From assembly GCA_963662315.1 (NCBI GenBank), contig OY759353.1, positions 3,360,001-3,424,000 of the forward strand: DNA of 64,000 bases, given 5' to 3'. Below are positions 60,170-64,000 of this stretch, one piece after another. The notes under the pieces were generated by a model. It worked only from the letters and a program-made list of their open reading frames with translations. It ran no database searches and was not told where the DNA came from. A program made the position numbers and the translations under genes. Positions within the stretch are counted from its first letter, which is position 1, and each line of letters opens with the position of its first letter. Origin of the DNA: Geopsychrobacteraceae bacterium (GTDB lineage Bacteria > Desulfobacterota > Desulfuromonadia > Desulfuromonadales > Geopsychrobacteraceae).

Positions 60170-60913
60170 GGAGTTCCGGGGACAGTATATAGATCTTTGA
60201 CAAAGACTTGTTTCCTGATAGTCTTTTTCTTATGGCAAGAATAGCACGAGTTATTGCACCGGGCTTGCCCCATCATGTAACGCAACGGGGCAACCGGCGG
60301 CAGACGACATTTTTTTGCGATGAGGATTTTCAGATTTATATCGATCTGATGGCTCATTGGTGTGCCAAGTATCATGTGGATATCTGGGCTTGGTGCCTCA
60401 TGCCAAACCATGTTCATTTAATTGCGGTGCCAACAGATGAAGCCGGCCTGGCGCGTGCGATTGGTGAAGCGCATAGACGCTATACCCGACATATCAATTT
60501 CCGCCATGATTGGCGGGGTCATCTGTGGCAAGAACGTTTTGCTTCTTTCCCTATGGATGAAGCCTATCTGCTTGCCGCTGCGCGTTATATAGAAATGAAC
60601 CCTGTCGCTGCAAACCTGGTCTCTGACCCTGGGCAGTACCCCTGGAGTAGTGCGAACGCGCACCTCAATGACCTGGATGATGGTCTGGTGAACCGCGCTC
60701 CACTATTGGATCTGGTTTCAGACTGGCAAAGTTTCCTAAAGTTAAGTAACGAAGAAGAACTGGAGATTTTGCATAAACATGAGAAAACAGGGCGACCACT
60801 TGGGAATTTGTCATTTGTTGAAAGTATCGAAGTTCTATTAGCACGGACATTGCGGCCTCTGCCACCAGGCCCTAAAAAGAATGATTAGTTCTATATACTG
60901 TCCCCGGAACTCC
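60170..60913 (+). mobile_element. Y1/RAYT transposase element bounded by perfect 24-bp inverted repeats
   Basis: GGAGTTCCGGGGACAGTATATAGA at 60170-60193 and its exact reverse complement at 60890-60913. Confidence 0.8.
60232..60888 (+). CDS. REP-associated/IS200-like HUH tyrosine transposase
   Basis: HHVTQRGNRRQ, CLMPNHVHL (HUH), GHLWQERF, RYIEMNPV, YPWSS. Confidence 0.92.
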   Translation: MARIARVIAPGLPHHVTQRGNRRQTTFFCDEDFQIYIDLMAHWCAKYHVDIWAWCLMPNHVHLIAVPTDEAGLARAIGEAHRRYTRHINFRHDWRGHLWQERFASFPMDEAYLLAAARYIEMNPVAANLVSDPGQYPWSSANAHLNDLDDGLVNRAPLLDLVSDWQSFLKLSNEEELEILHKHEKTGRPLGNLSFVESIEVLLARTLRPLPPGPKKND

Positions 60914-60987
60914 TGTCAGGGCGTTAGTTGGTGCGAAATGCCGTGGGATGATCGGTATTCGTTTTTAAATCCATTATCCATCAATAA

Positions 60988-61271
60988 TGCGGTTCTGGCC
61001 ATTAGGTGCGCATTGCGCCGTCGGCCGGTAGGTTAGATGCTGGATGCTCCTTTGGAGAGACGAAGCCCAAGTACGGACCCTTTAAAAAAGGGCGTTTTGT
61101 GCTTACTATTTGTCGCCCGCCTGGGACAAATAGTAAGGCGTCGTGCGGGGCGCAACCCCGCGACTTTGCTTGTTTTATTTCAATCAAAAAAGACAACACC
61201 GCCGGGTCCCGGCCCGGCGGCCGGATTCATTTTTTCCAGCGATGAAAAAACGAATCAAAAAAATCTTTTAA
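60988..61271 (+). repeat. Partial copy of the ~424-bp hairpin-rich repeat
   Basis: Near-identical to the corresponding part of 62936-63359 and 63360-63782. Confidence 0.9.
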
Positions 61272-61306
61272 AAAACTAGGTAAACTCCCCCTTTTCTAAA
61301 ACACGC

Positions 61307-61693
61307 CTATGAAACCAGAAGACCTCTGCTCTGAAAAACTTCTTTTGCTACAAACATAGCGTTCAGGGCCGCTGGAAATCCTGCATATACTGCCATCTGA
61401 ATAATGACCTCCACGATCTCCTCCGGTTGGCAGCCGACGTTAAGGGCACCATTAATATGCACATTTAACTGTGGCAGGCAGTTTCCTAAAGCGGTCAGTG
61501 CCGCAACGGTTGCTATTTCACGGCTTTTCAAATCTAAACCGGGGCGTTGGTAAATATCCCCAAAAGGAAATTCAATCGTGTATTTGGCTAAATCCGGAGC
61601 GATTGAGGCCAGACTCTCTATGACCTTTTTCCCTGCCTCACCATCAATCTCTTCCAGTTTTTTCAAACCGGCTGCAAATCTACTCTCATTCAT
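61307..61693 (-). CDS. Carboxymuconolactone decarboxylase/AhpD-like protein
   Basis: FGDIYQRPGLDLKSREIATVAAL, HINGALNVG, YAGFPAA. Confidence 0.9.
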   Translation of the reverse strand: MNESRFAAGLKKLEEIDGEAGKKVIESLASIAPDLAKYTIEFPFGDIYQRPGLDLKSREIATVAALTALGNCLPQLNVHINGALNVGCQPEEIVEVIIQMAVYAGFPAALNAMFVAKEVFQSRGLLVS

Positions 61694-61735
61694 TGTATAA
61701 CTCCCGTATGCTGCTGTTGGTTGATAGATAATCAG

Positions 61736-61766
61736 AGCCTACGGGTTAGAGCTTACTCTAAGTCAA
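61736..61766 (-). promoter_or_regulatory. MerR-type promoter/operator
   Basis: TTGACT-19 bp-TAGGCT with the dyad TTAGAG-taag-CTCTAA in the spacer. Confidence 0.8.
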
Positions 61767-62130
61767 GGGAAACTTGACCATCGACAAGCTTCTCGTAATA
61801 AGCGATTTTATCTTTGATCTTTTCAAGGTGGCGCTGCTCTTCGGCAATCTTATTCTCCAGGGCCGTCGCATGGTTAATCAACAGATCCATCCGTGAGCTT
61901 GCGGTATTATCCCCCTGTTCGCGCAGCTCAGCATATTTTTTGATTTGTTCCAAGGGCATCCCTGTTTCTTTTAACCTGGTGATAAACTCTGCCCACAGCA
62001 GATCCCTTTGGTTATAGTCACGGTGTCCGGAACTATTGCGATTAACCTGCTTAAAGATGCCCATTTTTTCATAATATCGCAGGGTGTAGGATGAGATACC
62101 GGTAAGCTTGGAAAACTCTTTAATATTCAT
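61753..62130 (-). CDS. MerR family regulator (AdhR-like)
   Basis: MNIKEFSKLTGIS.YTLRYYEK.G, R.SSGHRDY, L.ETGMPL. Confidence 0.92.
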   Translation of the reverse strand: MNIKEFSKLTGISSYTLRYYEKMGIFKQVNRNSSGHRDYNQRDLLWAEFITRLKETGMPLEQIKKYAELREQGDNTASSRMDLLINHATALENKIAEEQRHLEKIKDKIAYYEKLVDGQVSLDLE

Positions 62131-62177
62131 GGTGTCACCAGAAGAGTAGGGTGGAAAGCAGCTATAAAAATGGTAGG

Positions 62178-62231
62178 GAGATTCGGGGGACAGGATAGAG
62201 AACTCCAAACTATCCTGTCTCCGAATTTCTC
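62178..62231. repeat. REP-like palindrome sharing the GGGGACAG core with the RAYT element ends
   Basis: ttcgggggacaggatag-N11-ctatcctgtctccgaa. Confidence 0.6.
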
Positions 62232-62477
62232 ATTTACTTTATATAAACAGTGCCTTTTTGATCAACTGTTCCCTGGCATTTGCTGCATCGAGGACATTTT
62301 CCAACATAAACAGGGGACAGTCTGTTTGTTTAGCTCATATATGGTCTTAAAGAATTGTTCCATTTTAGCAAAAGGAATCACCTCCATATCGTCATACCGA
62401 TCGGCGGTCAGGGTGATTCCATAGCACTTGTGAAATGTTACTTTACGGTGATTCACTTTGTCATGTGAGGAGAAATA

Positions 62478-62894
62478 ATGAAAAACCTGTTATGCGGATT
62501 ATGCGTGTTCTTTTGCTTTGCAGCTAATCTCTGGGCTCAAGAAGAAAGTGCCATCAAGGTTGAAGTATTGACCCAGACCCATGCAAGCTGGGATGGGACG
62601 ACTCTTCCGGGCTATCCAAAGGGCAAGCCGGAGATAACGATACTACGGATCAAAATTCCGCCAAACGTACAATTGCCTGTGCATGAACATCCGGTGATAA
62701 ATGCCGGGGTATTATTAACAGGAGAACTAACGGTCGTGACAAAAGACCAGGAGACTTTGCACCTTAAAGCCGGAGATTCCATCGTTGAAGTAGTTGGTAA
62801 GTGGCACTATGGAATAAATGAAGGCAATGAAACGGCAGAGATTATCGTTTTCTATGCTGGTGAGCAGGGATCACCGATAACCATAAAGCACTAG
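62478..62894 (+). CDS. Exported cupin-domain protein
   Basis: Signal peptide; SWDG..LP.YP.G.PE, HEHP, E....WHYG.N. Confidence 0.88.
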   Translation: MKNLLCGLCVFFCFAANLWAQEESAIKVEVLTQTHASWDGTTLPGYPKGKPEITILRIKIPPNVQLPVHEHPVINAGVLLTGELTVVTKDQETLHLKAGDSIVEVVGKWHYGINEGNETAEIIVFYAGEQGSPITIKH

Positions 62895-62935
62895 GTAATG
62901 ATTGTAAATTTTGGTTCTGATTTTAAGCTTAGAGA

Positions 62936-63827
62936 AAAATGCCAGCGGCATTTTTGCGGTTCTGGCCATCAGGCGCACATTGCGCCGTCGGCCGGCTGGT
63001 TAGATGCTGGATGTTTCCTTGGAGAACCGACGCCCGAGTCCGGACCCTTTAAAGAAGGGCGTTTTGTGCTTACTATTTGTCGCCCGCCTGGGACAAATAG
63101 TAAGGCGTCGTGCGGGGCGCAACCCAGCGACCTTGCTTGTTTTTTTAAAAATCATAAAAGACAACACCGCCGGGTCCCGGCCCGGCAGCCGGATTCATTT
63201 TTTCCAGCGATGAAAAAACGAATCAAAAAAATCTTTTAAGATCAAACACACTGACGAGAATAGATTTGATCTACGTTTAATCGTTGCTACTAGTAGTTAA
63301 CAGATCGCCCAACGATGCTGTCGCATCCATGGGCAGAATCGAATTGAAGTGGAGATATCAAAATGCCAACGGCATTTTTGCGGTTCTGGCCATCAGGCGC
63401 ACATTGCGCCGTCGACCGGCTGGTTTAGATGCTGGCTGTTCCTTTGGAGAGACGAAGTCCGAGTCCGGACCCTTTAAAGAAGGACGTTTTGTGCTTACTA
63501 TTTGTCGCCCGCCTGGGACAAATAGTAAGGCGTCGTGCGGGGCGCAACCCCGCGACCTTGCTTGTTTTATTTAAGTCATAAAAGACAACACCGGCGGGTC
63601 CCGGCCCGCCAGCCGGATTCATTTTTTCCAGCGATGAAAAACGAATCAAAAAAATCTTTTAAGATCAAACACACTGACGATAGTAGATTCGATCTACGCT
63701 TTATCGTTGCAACCAGCAATGAACAGAGCGCCCAACGATGCTGTTGCATCCATGGGCAGAATCGAATTGAAATGAATACAGGAAAATGCCAGCGGCATTT
63801 TTTCGGTTCTGGCCATCAGGTGCGCAT
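62936..63827 (+). repeat. Tandem array of ~424-bp units (62936, 63360, truncated unit from 63783)
   Basis: Unit starts AAAATGCCA(G/A)CGGCATTTT recur at spacings of 424 and 423 bp. Confidence 0.92.
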
Positions 63828-63853
63828 AGAGGTGGCCCCAGTTGACTGAACAG

Positions 63854-64000
63854 GTCGGGTTCGGTATGTCGGGCAGGCTCATGGGACTTCGTCATGTTGT
63901 GCTGACTTGCCCGGATACCCGGCCTTATATACTGTTTCTGTTCGTCGGCTCACAGCTTTCACTCGGGCTTCCTTCAGACCTCTCCTCACGGAGACGCCCT
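63854..64000 (-). mobile_element. Group IIC intron domain I fragment; 5' end lies beyond the window
   Basis: Minus strand AGGGCGTCTCCGTGAGGAGAGGTCTGAAGGAAGC...AAA...CCGACGAACAGAAAC..TATAAGGC.GGGTATC...GCACAAC..GACGAAGTCC follows the IIC domain I layout. Confidence 0.75.

Noticed and set aside
60914..60930. Tail of a second attC right of the RAYT element (TCAGGGCGTTAGTT)
   Set aside because: No matching R''/L'' arm remains and GTTAGTT deviates from GTTRRRY; too weak to call
62936..63827. CRISPR array
   Set aside because: Units are ~424 bp and similar along their whole length, with no unique spacers and no cas genes
61002..63895. Short ORFs overlapping the long repeats (e.g. 61006-61245, 62898-63239, 63284-63574)
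   Set aside because: Frames shift between copies and no RBS is evident; likely translation artefacts of non-coding repeats

Overview
A 64-kb chromosomal segment, probably from an anaerobic Desulfuromonadales-like deltaproteobacterium (inferred from gene content and repeat style, not proven). The first ~30 kb is an apparent sigma54 regulon built around two cytoplasmic DMSO-reductase-family Mo/W-bisPGD enzymes of the acetylene-hydratase/catechol-dehydroxylase branch. The first is a catechol-dehydroxylase-like alpha/beta pair, followed by an unlisted 50-aa ORF, OFA- and aromatic-acid-type MFS transporters, a TetR regulator and a chemoreceptor. The second is an acetylene-hydratase-like enzyme with His at the Asp13 position, wired to an Fe-S subunit and an NrfD anchor and followed by a Tes/MJ0619-like radical SAM gene. 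Divergent from the sigma54 activator is an operon with moaA, a DUF2064 protein, an ABC transporter and a 1012-aa radical SAM/ArsM-like methyltransferase/Cys-rich fusion. The middle holds modE-modABC, a permease-less binding-protein/GTPase/ATPase triad, a GGDEF-EAL protein, opgG, a ynbAB/plsC-like lipid cluster and a SorAB-like sulfite oxidase. The last 6 kb is a mobile-DNA hotspot: attI-like and attC integron sites without an integrase, an IS4 element with no target duplication, a Y1/RAYT transposase inside 24-bp inverted repeats, ~424-bp hairpin-rich tandem repeats and a group IIC intron fragment. All family calls come from motif recognition by eye; no searches were run.
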